From assembly GCA_017303805.1 (NCBI GenBank), contig JAFLBQ010000003.1:232821-296820 (forward strand): a stretch of 64,000 bases of DNA. The letters run 5' to 3'. The notes below the pieces were generated by a model, which saw nothing but the letters and a program-made list of their open reading frames with translations, searched no databases and was not told where the DNA came from. A program made the position numbers and the translations under genes. Shown here in pieces: positions 1 to 9,620 of the stretch. The number at the start of each line of letters is the position of its first letter. Positions within the stretch are counted from its first letter, which is position 1. The DNA is from Cytophagales bacterium (GTDB taxonomy: Bacteria > Bacteroidota > Bacteroidia > Cytophagales > Cyclobacteriaceae).

Positions 1-145
1 CTCCTATCAAGACAAAAAAGTTACAGTGGCATTGCAGGGTTCGTGCAGCGGGTGTCCTTCTTCAACGGTAACCTTAAAAGCCGGTATCGAAAATCTTTTC
101 AAGCGCATGATGCCCGAAGAAGTGCAGGAGGTGGAAGCCCTGTAG
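1..145 (+). CDS. NifU/NfuA-family Fe-S scaffold protein, C-terminal fragment (5' end outside window)
   Basis: Manual translation from nt 2: [47 protein letters not shown], with the Nfu GxCxxCPSS motif; stop TAG 143-145. Not in the ORF track. Confidence 0.85.
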   Translation, partial: SYQDKKVTVALQGSCSGCPSSTVTLKAGIENLFKRMMPEEVQEVEAL

Positions 146-235
146 AGCTTAAAGCTATTAAGCAAGAAAGCCGAAAGCTAAGGGTGAATCCTTACGCTTT
201 CAGCTTTTTTGCTTTCAGCTTTTTTTCTTTAAGCT
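146..235. repeat. Long imperfect hairpin built from short AAGC/GCTT units between convergent genes; probable bidirectional terminator
   Basis: AGCTTAAAG (146-154) is the reverse complement of CTTTAAGCT (227-235). The left half repeats AAGC/AAAGC, the right half repeats GCTTT(CA), and the centre is TAAGG-GTGAAT-CCTTA. Confidence 0.65.
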
Positions 236-237
236 TA

Positions 238-2151
238 TCAACTTCCCTTCAGGTACTTATCCAAAAACTTCAAAATCTCTTCCGAGGCTTTAATGTTGTT
301 TTCTTTCTTTACAAACCCATGGCCTTCATCGGGAAAGATGACGTACTCTACCGGCACTCCGTTCTTACGGGCATTCTCTACAATCTCATCCGATTCTACC
401 TGCAACACGCGCGGATCGTTGCTGCCTTGCAATACAATAAAAGGCTTGGTGATTTTATCGGTATGAAACAAAGGCGATTTGTTGTAGAGTGCAACTGAAT
501 CTGCTGTAAAGGGATCGCCCAGTTCAACATACAAGGCTTTACGGAACGACTCCCACCACGGTGGAATGCTCTTGAGGGTGCGTAGCCAATTGGTAACGCC
601 AAACAAATTTACACCTACTTTAAATTCCTCGGGCGTAAAGGTTAGCGCGGCCATTGTCATATAACCACCATAGCTTCCACCCATAATGCCTACCTTTTCC
701 ATATCGATGTAAGGCAGTGTGGCCAGAAATTTTTTGGCCTCCACACAATCGCGCAGGTCTTCGTTACCATGCTTGCGATCATCGGCTGCATAAAATGTTT
801 TACCATAACCCGAGCTGCCGCGATTGTTTACAGCTAGAATAGCATAGCCGTGGTTAACCAGGTGTTGAATTACCGGAGAGTAGTTGAGGCGCGTTTGACC
901 TCCGGGGCCCCCGTGTATCCAAAGCAAAACCGGCACTTTCGTTCCCGTGGCAATACCCTTGGGTTTGTAGAGCAGGGCCGGTATTTCCAGTCCATCAAAA
1001 GATTTGTACCGAATTACCGTTCCGGCCACCAGGTCGTTGGGATCAATTTCGTTCGTCATGCTTTGCGTTAACTGCTTTACCTCTTTTGTTTGGAAATTAT
1101 ACACAAACAAATTGCTGGGCGATTTGGAACTGCTTACATAAAACGACATCAGCGTTTCGCTTTCAGAAATATTCACACCGGTAATATCGCCTTCGGGCAG
1201 TCCTGCTATATTTAGCAGCTTGCCACCATTTGCTTCGTCATAAATTTTTATTTCTGTGCGGGCATCGTTGTTAATGGCAACTACCCGGTATTTGCCATTT
1301 CGCGATAAGCTGGAGTACATCACATCCCACGGGGCCTCTTCCAGTTTGGTGGTGGTTCCGGTGGCAATATCGTATGTTGCCAGGTAGGTAAACTCGCTGC
1401 CCACGTTGGTGGTGTAAATCAATTTTGTACCATCCTGACTAAAATATTGCGGATCGAATTGCGCATCACCATCGTGTTGCGACAGCAGGTTTGTTTTGCC
1501 CGATTGCGTATCGAGCAAGTACATATTGGAATTGTTGGTAGTAATTTCTTCGGTTAACGCTATGTAGCGATCATCGTTTGAAATAGCTGCCGGGTTAAGA
1601 CCCTTGTCGTTTTTGTAAACTAAGGAAGCTGGATAAATTTTATCTTCACCGGCATTACCCACCTGCACCGAATACAAATCAAAGAAGCGCTTATCGCGGC
1701 TGTTGGAAGCATAGTACATTAACTTTTGATTGTAACTCCAGCCATAAAACTGCGCCTTGGCGTTGGCATCCGAAATTAAATCAGTAGCTGTCCCGTTTGT
1801 CAGAGCAAATAAATGTGTAATCTCATCACCTCCTTTGTCGCTGCCGTATAGCACCCGGTTGTCTTTTGGGAAATAACTATACCCAAAAATGGCATTGTCG
1901 GTAGAATGTGTAAGCGGGGTTTGCACGCCCGTGGCAATATCGATTTCTACCGCATTGAAAATGCCGGTTTGTTTGCTGCTGATGAGTAGTTTGGTTTCGT
2001 CTGGCGAAAATGAGCCTCCGCTTATCTGAACAATATCCATGAACTGCGCAATGGAATATTGCCTTGGTGCCTTTTCGGGTTGCTCGCTGGTACAACCGGC
2101 CAAGGCCAACAGCAGTACTAACGTTAACTTTATTGGGTTCTTTGCTTTCAT
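238..2151 (-). CDS. S9 (prolyl oligopeptidase-family) peptidase, lipoprotein
   Basis: Start moved to ATG 2151 (MKAKNP...LLLALAGC lipobox). Beta-propeller followed by alpha/beta hydrolase with GGSYGG nucleophile, NDPRV and DEGHG motifs. Confidence 0.9.
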   Translation of the reverse strand: MKAKNPIKLTLVLLLALAGCTSEQPEKAPRQYSIAQFMDIVQISGGSFSPDETKLLISSKQTGIFNAVEIDIATGVQTPLTHSTDNAIFGYSYFPKDNRVLYGSDKGGDEITHLFALTNGTATDLISDANAKAQFYGWSYNQKLMYYASNSRDKRFFDLYSVQVGNAGEDKIYPASLVYKNDKGLNPAAISNDDRYIALTEEITTNNSNMYLLDTQSGKTNLLSQHDGDAQFDPQYFSQDGTKLIYTTNVGSEFTYLATYDIATGTTTKLEEAPWDVMYSSLSRNGKYRVVAINNDARTEIKIYDEANGGKLLNIAGLPEGDITGVNISESETLMSFYVSSSKSPSNLFVYNFQTKEVKQLTQSMTNEIDPNDLVAGTVIRYKSFDGLEIPALLYKPKGIATGTKVPVLLWIHGGPGGQTRLNYSPVIQHLVNHGYAILAVNNRGSSGYGKTFYAADDRKHGNEDLRDCVEAKKFLATLPYIDMEKVGIMGGSYGGYMTMAALTFTPEEFKVGVNLFGVTNWLRTLKSIPPWWESFRKALYVELGDPFTADSVALYNKSPLFHTDKITKPFIVLQGSNDPRVLQVESDEIVENARKNGVPVEYVIFPDEGHGFVKKENNIKASEEILKFLDKYLKGS

Positions 2152-2246
2152 TCTAAAATGATTTTGATAGGCAAGGTAATTATTTGGTAACGTGCCGTTC
2201 AAGGAAAACCTCCTAAATTAACCGGCACCCGAACTAATTTTACGTT

Positions 2247-3080
2247 ATGCGAACTCTCTTAATTTTACTGCTGGCCTTACTCACCACGGGCATGCACGCA
2301 CAACCGGTAACCGTTATGTCTTACAACATCCGCCTGGATACCGAGGCCGATGGCATTAACCAATGGCCGCACCGCACCCATAAAATGATAGCCCTTATTA
2401 AAAAATCTAACCCCGACTTATTAGGGGTGCAAGAGGCGTTGCACAACCAAATGCAAGACTTGCAAAACCAGTTACCAGAATACAGCTATGTAGGCGTGGG
2501 CCGCGATGATGGCAAAGAGAAAGGCGAATACTCAGCAATCTTTTACAAGAAAGATCGGTTTGAGGTGCTTACGCAAAATACGTTCTGGCTTTCGGAAACT
2601 CCGCACGTGCCGGGCAGCAAAAGCTGGGATGCAGCCATTACCCGTGTAGTTACCTGGGCTATTTTAAAAGAGAAGACTTCGGGTAAAAAATTTCTTTATG
2701 CCAACACCCATTTCGATCACATCGGCAAAGAGGCTCGTAAAAACAGTGCGCTGCTGATAAAGCAAACACTGGCTGCCTTACCGCAAGCGCAAAAACTTCC
2801 GGTGCTGGTTTCGGGCGATTTTAATTCAGAGCCATCCGAAGCGCCTTATCAAACAATGGTAGATGGTAAAATTCTGCGGCTTGCCGATGCGCGGCCGGCT
2901 AACGATACCACCGGAACTTTTTGTGGTTTTGAACTGAATAAAATTCCATGCCGCACCATCGATTATATTTTTCACTCTGCAAAATGGAAAACGTTGAGCT
3001 ATTGGGTACTGGCCGATAACGATGGAAGCTACTACCCTTCCGATCATTTGCCGGTGCTGGCAACCTTTACCTTAAAATAA
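2247..3080 (+). CDS. Endonuclease/exonuclease/phosphatase (EEP) family secreted protein
   Basis: Signal peptide; SYNIR, GVQEA, NTHFD, GDFN, IDYIF and SDH motifs. Confidence 0.9.
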   Translation: MRTLLILLLALLTTGMHAQPVTVMSYNIRLDTEADGINQWPHRTHKMIALIKKSNPDLLGVQEALHNQMQDLQNQLPEYSYVGVGRDDGKEKGEYSAIFYKKDRFEVLTQNTFWLSETPHVPGSKSWDAAITRVVTWAILKEKTSGKKFLYANTHFDHIGKEARKNSALLIKQTLAALPQAQKLPVLVSGDFNSEPSEAPYQTMVDGKILRLADARPANDTTGTFCGFELNKIPCRTIDYIFHSAKWKTLSYWVLADNDGSYYPSDHLPVLATFTLK

Positions 3081-3881
3081 CTGCAGTTGCTCCACCACCT
3101 CGCGAGGTTTTGCCTTCACTGAATTAATCGGAAAGGCTTCCGTTTCGCGGTAACGCGAAGCAATAATAATTTGGGTATTACCGGCCACCGCATTGAACAT
3201 CGTTTCTACAATTTCGGGTTTGTTGTTGTGTTGCGATAGGTGGCCCAACAACAAATGCGACATCTGTTCGGGCCGGTGCTCCATAAATAACTGCAATGCC
3301 TGTTTGTTGGAGATGTGGCCCCATCCCCCGCGGATTCGGTTTTTTAAATGTTGCGGGTAAGTACCACGTTCCAGCATTTCTTCATCGTAGTTACTTTCCA
3401 GAATGGCCGCATGGCATTGTTTAAAAGCATCGATAAGGTGTTTGCACACCCGCCCCATATCGGTAAAAACACCCACCGTTGTTTGCTGATGGCTGATAAG
3501 AAAACTATGCGGGTCGGCAGCATCGTGATATTTGGGCAGCGCGGTAATTGTTAATCCACCAATGGCAACGGGTTGGTAAGCCGCAAAGCTATGCGATAAC
3601 TTCAAGCTCCACACCAACGAGCCGTTTTGGCGCGTGCCTAAAGAAACATAAACCGGAATGGCATGCCGCTTTATTAATTTATGAAGCCCGGAGATATGAT
3701 CGTTGTGTTCGTGCGTAATAAATATCGCCTTCACCGCTTCGATAGATAAACCCAGGCGTTTTAACCTGCGCTCGGTTTCGCGGCACGAAATACCGGCATC
3801 AATCAGTACTGCTTCCTGGCTGGTACCTACATAGTAGCAATTGCCGTTACTTCCGGAATTTAAAGATGCCAGCGTTAACAT
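3072..3881 (-). CDS. MBL-fold metallo-hydrolase (YycJ/WalJ-like)
   Basis: SGSNGN, LIDAG, THEHNDH, HDA, ESNYD and HLS motifs; start placed at ATG 3881. Confidence 0.88.
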   Translation of the reverse strand: MLTLASLNSGSNGNCYYVGTSQEAVLIDAGISCRETERRLKRLGLSIEAVKAIFITHEHNDHISGLHKLIKRHAIPVYVSLGTRQNGSLVWSLKLSHSFAAYQPVAIGGLTITALPKYHDAADPHSFLISHQQTTVGVFTDMGRVCKHLIDAFKQCHAAILESNYDEEMLERGTYPQHLKNRIRGGWGHISNKQALQLFMEHRPEQMSHLLLGHLSQHNNKPEIVETMFNAVAGNTQIIIASRYRETEAFPINSVKAKPREVVEQLQLF

Positions 3882-3884
3882 GCC

Positions 3885-3892
3885 CAAAGATA
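3885..3892 (-). promoter_or_regulatory. Bacteroidota -7 promoter element TATCTTTG
   Basis: Exact TAnnTTTG match on the minus strand, 3 nt upstream of ATG 3881. Confidence 0.55.
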
Positions 3893-3901
3893 GAGATTGA
3901 G

Positions 3902-4780
3902 TTACTTTTTATTGGCAAGGTACACCCCGGTAATAATAAGCAACATGCCGGCCAGGTGCCAGCCGGTTAGTACTTCGCCATCAATTACGCCCCACCCTAC
4001 AGCAACCAGCGGCATGAGGTAGGTAACAGAACTGGCAAACAAGGGTGTGGAAATGCTGATGAGTTTTACAAAAAGCAAGTTAGCCACGGCTGTGCTCATC
4101 AGCGCAAGCAGCAATACAAAGGCAAAGCCATGCCATGCACCGGGGGTGTGTACAAGAACATTTACAAAATCGGTAGCCAGAAAAAGATAAGCCGCAGCCA
4201 ACGGCCCGATGAACAAAAGCGAAACACTGGTAATGGTTAACGAACCCAAACCGGCAATTTTAAATTTTATCCAGTTAAGATTTGCGCCATAGAACGCACA
4301 AGCGCCCACAATTAACAGGGCATACAGATTGAAGCCTGAAATGCTTGCACCCGATCTTGAAAGGGCAAGCAAGACTGTGCCTCCGAACGAGATGAGTACC
4401 CCCAGCAGGGCATAACCCTTAAAGCGTTGGTTAAAAAGTAAAACCCCAAAAATCATCGTCCATACCGGTGAAAGGGTATTTAAGATGCCGGCCACCGAAC
4501 TGTTGAGTTGGGTTTGTGCCCACGCAAACATAAATGCCGGAAAGAAGATGCCCATTAACCCCGACACCAGCAACTTAAATGAATCTCCGGCTTTGAGTTC
4601 TTTTAACCTCGGCAACGCAAGCGGCAACAAAAACAAAGCAGCCGCAGTTACTCGCAGTGCGCCCACCACCTCGGGGTTAAAGTAGCGCAGCCCTTGTTTA
4701 ATAAGAATGAAAGAAGTGCCCCAGATGAGTGACAGCACGATGAGCAAAAAGATTGCAGAGAGATTTTTATTGGTTGACAT
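3902..4780 (-). CDS. EamA/DMT family transporter
   Basis: About 10 hydrophobic segments; IWGTSF, R in TM2, AQTQL-S-AGILN and YLMP-VA-WG motifs. Confidence 0.88.
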   Translation of the reverse strand: MSTNKNLSAIFLLIVLSLIWGTSFILIKQGLRYFNPEVVGALRVTAAALFLLPLALPRLKELKAGDSFKLLVSGLMGIFFPAFMFAWAQTQLNSSVAGILNTLSPVWTMIFGVLLFNQRFKGYALLGVLISFGGTVLLALSRSGASISGFNLYALLIVGACAFYGANLNWIKFKIAGLGSLTITSVSLLFIGPLAAAYLFLATDFVNVLVHTPGAWHGFAFVLLLALMSTAVANLLFVKLISISTPLFASSVTYLMPLVAVGWGVIDGEVLTGWHLAGMLLIITGVYLANKK

Positions 4781-4919
4781 AGGTGAATTGGCGGCCCAAA
4801 GGAAGGGATTCGAAACAGGAATTCAAATACGGAATGTTGCGAAAGCTATTGGTGCAACCTTACCCCCTTTACAGGAAACAATTATTAAAGTATCTTCAAG
4901 CCTTAACGCTAGGCTAGTT

Positions 4920-5456
4920 TTGACGGACGCAGTATTATTAAATCTCTACAAAACCACCGGTGAGCTGGCTCACCTGGGCGAACTTTTTAGCCGCTACAAA
5001 ATACTGGTGTATGGAGTATGCGTAAAGTACCTGAAAGACCGGGACGAAGCCAAAGATGCCACCATGCAGGTCTTTGAAAAACTGATTCAATCGCTGCACC
5101 AGCACGAAGTAGAAAATTTTAAAAGCTGGCTGTACGTAACCACCCGCAATCATTGCCTCATGCAGTTGCGCGCCAAAAAGGGCAAGTACATGGAAGAATT
5201 TTCGGCCGAGCGTATGGAAAATCAATTGTTGTTGCATCCGGAACACGAGCCCGAACTGGAAAACAACCTGACTAAACTGGAGCGCTGCATTGCCACCTTA
5301 GCTACGGAACAACAACAATGTGTGCGGCTTTTTTATTTAGACGAACGATGTTACAAAGAAGTAGCCGAAACTACCGGCTTTAGCCTGAACCAGGTAAAAA
5401 GTTATATTCAGAACGGAAAGCGAAACTTAAAACTATGCATGGAGCAAAATGACTAA
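4920..5456 (+). CDS. ECF RNA polymerase sigma factor
   Basis: EAKDATMQVFEKL (region 2.2), FKSWLYVTTRNHC (2.3) and YKEVAETTGFSLNQVKSYIQNGKRNL (4.2). Probable start is TTG 4920; the ORF-track start at 4707 overlaps the divergent gene. Confidence 0.9.
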   Translation: MTDAVLLNLYKTTGELAHLGELFSRYKILVYGVCVKYLKDRDEAKDATMQVFEKLIQSLHQHEVENFKSWLYVTTRNHCLMQLRAKKGKYMEEFSAERMENQLLLHPEHEPELENNLTKLERCIATLATEQQQCVRLFYLDERCYKEVAETTGFSLNQVKSYIQNGKRNLKLCMEQND

Positions 5457-6783
5457 CCGCGAGCATGACATACTTCGGTATTTACGCGGAGAGATGACTG
5501 CGGCCGAGCAGCACGCACTTGAAAAGGCTGCGCTGAGCAACCCGCTGTTGGCCGAGGCGCTGGAAGGACTTGCACAACTTCCCGTGGCCGAATTGCAATC
5601 GGACTTGAATGAACTTTCCACTGAATTAGAAAACGAAACCGAACACATCTGGCAAGCCCCGGCCGCTAAAAGAATGGCCGCGTCCATGTCCGAAGTGCGG
5701 GCCGCTGCAGGCCCGGCACCAGTTGCTAAATCCGGTGCACCGGCAAGGGGCAACCAACGGGTATGGTGGCTACGAGTGGCCGCGATCTTGTTGGTAGGTA
5801 TTGCCGGGTATTGGTTGTGGCCGCTCTTTACTGCTAATCCGCAATCCGATTTGGTACTTCAGAAAGAAACGGCACCCGAAGTGTTGCCGGCAACTGATTC
5901 GTTGGTTGCAGCTACCCGACAAGCGGCCGCACCGCCCACGGAAACTATCCCGGAAAAAGATCAGCGAAAGCCAATCGCACCCATGGCTCGATCAAAAGAA
6001 AAACCAGCTGCCGAACAAAAACCAGAAGAACAACCAACTCTTGAGTTAACACCCGAAAAGCAACTTGCTGAAGCACATGAGGTACCATCTGTACTAAAAG
6101 CGGAAGACGTGGTAGTAGATGAAGCGTTAAAAAAAGAGGCTAAGGATAAAACTGCCAGCGCGGCCACAACTTCAAAAACCATTCGGGGCAAAGTGATTAC
6201 CGAAGAAGATCAGATTCCCTTACCGGGAGTAAACATTGTTGTTAAAGGTAAGCCTGCCGGAGTAGTTACCGACATCAATGGTAACTATCAACTTACAGTA
6301 CCTGAAAGTACCGGGCCGATAACCTTAAGCTATTCGTTTATCGGGTTGCAAACCCAGGAAGTAGTAGTAAAAGATGCCACCGAAGTGAATGTGGCTTTAA
6401 AAACCGATGTAGCACAACTCAGCGAAGTAGTAATAACCGGTTACAGTCCTTCGGGGGTTGATCCCAATCACGAACCGGTTCTTAAGCTGGCGCAGCCGGC
6501 CGGTGGGTTGCGGGCCTACGATCGGTACCTTAAAAATAGTTTGCACTATCCGCAGCAGGCGCTTGATAATAACGTGCGCGGAAAAGTTACCGTGCAGTTT
6601 ACCGTTAACACCGATGGCTCTCTTAATGAATTCAATGTATTGAAGGGGTTAGGATACGGCTGCGATGAAGAAGTAATCCGGTTGGTAAAAGAAGGCCCAC
6701 GCTGGTCTCCTACCACGCAAGATGGTGCACCTGTAGCCAGTGAAGTTCGGGTGCGCGTAAAATTTGCACCACCCGGTAAGTAA
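5449..6783 (+). CDS. Anti-sigma-like membrane protein fused to a CarboxypepD_reg/SusC-NTE-like domain and a TonB C-terminal domain
   Basis: N-terminal YLRGEM..AEQHALEK...LLAEALEG; one TM (WWLRVAAILLVGIAGYWLW); P/E/K-rich linker; IRGKV..E..PLPGVNIVVKG...TDINGNY...SFIG...LSEVVITGY; TonB_C YPQQA...GKVTVQF.V..DG...CDEE.IR.V...W.P. Overlaps the sigma stop codon. Confidence 0.8.
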   Translation: MTNREHDILRYLRGEMTAAEQHALEKAALSNPLLAEALEGLAQLPVAELQSDLNELSTELENETEHIWQAPAAKRMAASMSEVRAAAGPAPVAKSGAPARGNQRVWWLRVAAILLVGIAGYWLWPLFTANPQSDLVLQKETAPEVLPATDSLVAATRQAAAPPTETIPEKDQRKPIAPMARSKEKPAAEQKPEEQPTLELTPEKQLAEAHEVPSVLKAEDVVVDEALKKEAKDKTASAATTSKTIRGKVITEEDQIPLPGVNIVVKGKPAGVVTDINGNYQLTVPESTGPITLSYSFIGLQTQEVVVKDATEVNVALKTDVAQLSEVVITGYSPSGVDPNHEPVLKLAQPAGGLRAYDRYLKNSLHYPQQALDNNVRGKVTVQFTVNTDGSLNEFNVLKGLGYGCDEEVIRLVKEGPRWSPTTQDGAPVASEVRVRVKFAPPGK

Positions 6784-6884
6784 ATGGCAAATCTACCCGG
6801 TAGAAATTATCCGGGCGGTAATACCGCATAGTTTCGCAAACCATTATTCTTTTTACTTTTAGGGATTCTAAATACCCCTCACGC

Positions 6885-8345
6885 ATGAGTTTATTCATAA
6901 AGAAACCCTTAGAACAATTACTGGCTCAATCGGGCGACTCTGGAAAAGGTTTGAAGCGCACCCTGGGTGCCGGCAACCTGATAGCCCTGGGCATTGGTGC
7001 AATTATCGGAGCGGGCCTGTTTGTTCGCACTGCCGATGCGGCCGCCAGTGCAGCCGGCCCGGCTGTAGTTGTTTCTTTTATAATCGCAGCCATTGGTTGC
7101 GCCTTTGCCGGTTTGTGCTATGCAGAGTTTGCCTCGATGATACCCATTGCGGGCAGTGCCTATGCCTATGCCTATGTAACCATGGGCGAGTTTGTTGCCT
7201 GGATTATCGGGTGGGCGCTGGTATTGGAATATGCGCTGGCATCGGCTACGGTTTCTATCGCGTGGAGCGAATACTTAAATAACCTGCTGGTCAATATTGG
7301 CATGCCGGCCGTGCCCTATCAATGGAGTCACTCCCCTTTCGAAGCTTCGGCCGAAGGCGTTTCTGGAATTGTAAATTTCCCCGCTCTGATCATTCTGGTT
7401 ATTCTTACACTTGTGCTTATCAAAGGCACTAAAGAATCGGCCACACTTAATGCCGTAATTGTATTTGTTAAGGTGGCTATTGTGTTGGTGTTTATTGCAT
7501 TGGGTTGGAGTTTTATTAACGATGCCAACTACACGCCCTTTACGGTGCCCCAAGGCACACCCGGCCATAGCGGCTGGCGCCAGTTTGGATGGGGTGGCGT
7601 ATTAGGGGGCGCCTCCATCGTGTTCTTTGCGTTCATTGGGTTCGATGCCGTTTCAACTGCGGCTCAAGAAGCAAAAAATCCCAAGCGCGATATGCCCATC
7701 GGCATTCTGGGTTCGCTGGTAATCTGTACCATACTTTACGTATTGTTCTCGCATGTGCTTACCGGTATCGCCAACTGGCAAGAATTTAAGACTGCCGGTA
7801 AAGAAGCTTCGGTAGCCTATGCCATTCAAAATTATATGCCCGGGTACAATTGGTTGGCCACGTTAATTACGGTGGCTATCCTGGCCGGTTTCTCTTCGGT
7901 TATTCTGGTTATGTTAATGGGGCAATCGCGGGTATTCTATTCCATGTCGAAAGATGGGCTGGTGCCGAAAGTATTTTCCGAACTCCATCCTACCTACCGC
8001 ACACCTTTTAAATCCAATTGGCTGTTGTTGATTTTTGTAGGCTTGTTTGCCGGCTTTGTTCCTGGTAGCATTGCAGGCGACCTCACCAGCTTCGGAACTT
8101 TGTTTGCCTTTGTGCTAGTATGCGTAGGCATTTGGGTAATGCGTGTAAAAAATCCTGAAGCTCCGCGCCCCTTCAAAACTCCATTGGTACCTTTAGTGCC
8201 TATTCTGGGCATTCTGGTATGCTCGGCTATGATTTTCTCTTTGGGTGTGGAAACGCTGGTATCAGCTTTGGTGTGGATGATAGCAGGACTAATCATTTAC
8301 TTTTCGTACAGCAAACACAACAGCAATCTGCGTAAGCCGGATTAG
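6885..8345 (+). CDS. APC-family amino acid permease
   Basis: LIALGIGAIIGAGLF, GSAYAYAY, FFAFIGFDAVSTAAQEAKNPKRDMP motifs; multiple TMs. Confidence 0.92.
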   Translation: MSLFIKKPLEQLLAQSGDSGKGLKRTLGAGNLIALGIGAIIGAGLFVRTADAAASAAGPAVVVSFIIAAIGCAFAGLCYAEFASMIPIAGSAYAYAYVTMGEFVAWIIGWALVLEYALASATVSIAWSEYLNNLLVNIGMPAVPYQWSHSPFEASAEGVSGIVNFPALIILVILTLVLIKGTKESATLNAVIVFVKVAIVLVFIALGWSFINDANYTPFTVPQGTPGHSGWRQFGWGGVLGGASIVFFAFIGFDAVSTAAQEAKNPKRDMPIGILGSLVICTILYVLFSHVLTGIANWQEFKTAGKEASVAYAIQNYMPGYNWLATLITVAILAGFSSVILVMLMGQSRVFYSMSKDGLVPKVFSELHPTYRTPFKSNWLLLIFVGLFAGFVPGSIAGDLTSFGTLFAFVLVCVGIWVMRVKNPEAPRPFKTPLVPLVPILGILVCSAMIFSLGVETLVSALVWMIAGLIIYFSYSKHNSNLRKPD

Positions 8346-8821
8346 TTAATTACCTCATCGGTAATTGTAAGTGTAAGACCCGATACTTGTGTGCGGTAGC
8401 GATTGAGCGACCGCCACGCGGGGCCTCCGGTTGGCGTGCCATCGGTAAAACTAAAGTTCGATCCACAACAGGCATCGGTCATAAACAACCCACTACTGTG
8501 CACATCTACCGTAGCGCACGCTTCGTTGGGGCGGTACGAACAGTTGCGTTCGTAAGCTGCATACGTAGATGCGTTGATGCGATAAACAATAATGCCCCGC
8601 ACGCCTCCTGAAAGAGCCCTGGACCCACCATCCAACTGCAGGTTATTGTTGGCCGGCAGCGATAAGTTCAGTTCGATAGGTGCAAATGAAACAATCGGAA
8701 TAAAATCATCGGTTACCTCGCGCCCGCAGCCGCACAGACTCACCAAGAAAATGCAGCAACTACTTCTGAGGATATGTATAAAAACCTTTTCCACTTTTGC
8801 GTCCCAGTTCACCTTTTTCAA
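8342..8821 (-). CDS. Rieske-like fold putative lipoprotein with non-canonical ligands; start uncertain
   Basis: LCGC lipobox-like; GIIVYR...AYERNCSY...C...DACCGSNF...G.P..GPA...L..Y resembles the Rieske pattern but lacks both His ligands. Confidence 0.65.
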   Translation of the reverse strand: MKKVNWDAKVEKVFIHILRSSCCIFLVSLCGCGREVTDDFIPIVSFAPIELNLSLPANNNLQLDGGSRALSGGVRGIIVYRINASTYAAYERNCSYRPNEACATVDVHSSGLFMTDACCGSNFSFTDGTPTGGPAWRSLNRYRTQVSGLTLTITDEVIN

Positions 8822-9620
8822 TTTTTTCTTTTTGCACGTTAGCCGGAGTAAATCGGGCGGGTTTATTCAGGCCCTGCCATACCGATTCGGTAACGGCATA
8901 ATTCACATCCATCCCAATTAAGTCCATTAATTCAAACGGCCCCATTTTAAAACCTGCACTGCGCAGCAGTGCATCGATTGCTTCGGGCGATGCAGCCTGG
9001 TGCTCCAGCGCATACAATGCCTCGGTATAAAAAGGCCGTGCCACCCGGTTAACGATAAAGCCCGGAGAATCTTTTGCCACCACCACGGTTTTTCCCAGCG
9101 ACTGCGCAAATGTACTTAGTCTTGAAATTGTTTCGCGGGCCGTTTGCTGGCCCACCACTACTTCTACCAGTTTTAGAATGTGTGCCGGATTAAAAAAATG
9201 AAGCCCCGCACAAAGACCCGGGTTAGTTAGCACCGAAGCAATTTTCGTTACCGATAGCGAAGAAGTATTGGAAACAAGAAGGGCTTGTTGTTGGTTGAGT
9301 TGTTCTGCTTCCTTTAACAAGTTTTGTTTCAGTAATAAATTTTCCGCGATAGCCTCCACAACCACGTTGGCTTGTAGCTGGCTGCGTTCTGAACTTGCAG
9401 TAATCTTGTTGCTTAGTGCGGTTGCACCTGCTGCCGAAAGTTTATTCTTGGCAACTAACTGATCGAGCAGCAAGTTGATTTGTTGTAACGCGCGCACACA
9501 AGCCGCTGGTTGAATATCGTACAAGCGCGTAGTGTAGCCGGCCATTGCACAAGCAAGGGCAATCCCTTGTCCCATGGTGCCGGCACCGGCAATGGCTATC
9601 GTAGAAATTTTAGTTTCCAT
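8760..9620 (-). CDS. 3-hydroxyacyl/3-hydroxybutyryl-CoA dehydrogenase
   Basis: GAGTMGQG Rossmann fold, VEAIAEN, SNTSS, GLHFFNPA, GFIVNR and MGPFELMD motifs. Confidence 0.92.
   Translation of the reverse strand: METKISTIAIAGAGTMGQGIALACAMAGYTTRLYDIQPAACVRALQQINLLLDQLVAKNKLSAAGATALSNKITASSERSQLQANVVVEAIAENLLLKQNLLKEAEQLNQQQALLVSNTSSLSVTKIASVLTNPGLCAGLHFFNPAHILKLVEVVVGQQTARETISRLSTFAQSLGKTVVVAKDSPGFIVNRVARPFYTEALYALEHQAASPEAIDALLRSAGFKMGPFELMDLIGMDVNYAVTESVWQGLNKPARFTPANVQKEKIEKGELGRKSGKGFYTYPQK

Noticed and set aside
146-235. Possible CRISPR or microsatellite array
   Set aside because: The units are 7-8 nt with no unique spacers, and there are no cas genes.
43-498. 151-aa plus-strand ORF
   Set aside because: It overlaps the NifU fragment in another frame, the repeat hairpin and the antisense S9 peptidase, so it is a shadow ORF.
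4707-4919. N-terminal extension of the ECF sigma
   Set aside because: It overlaps the divergent EamA gene, and sigma-like sequence only begins near TTG 4920.
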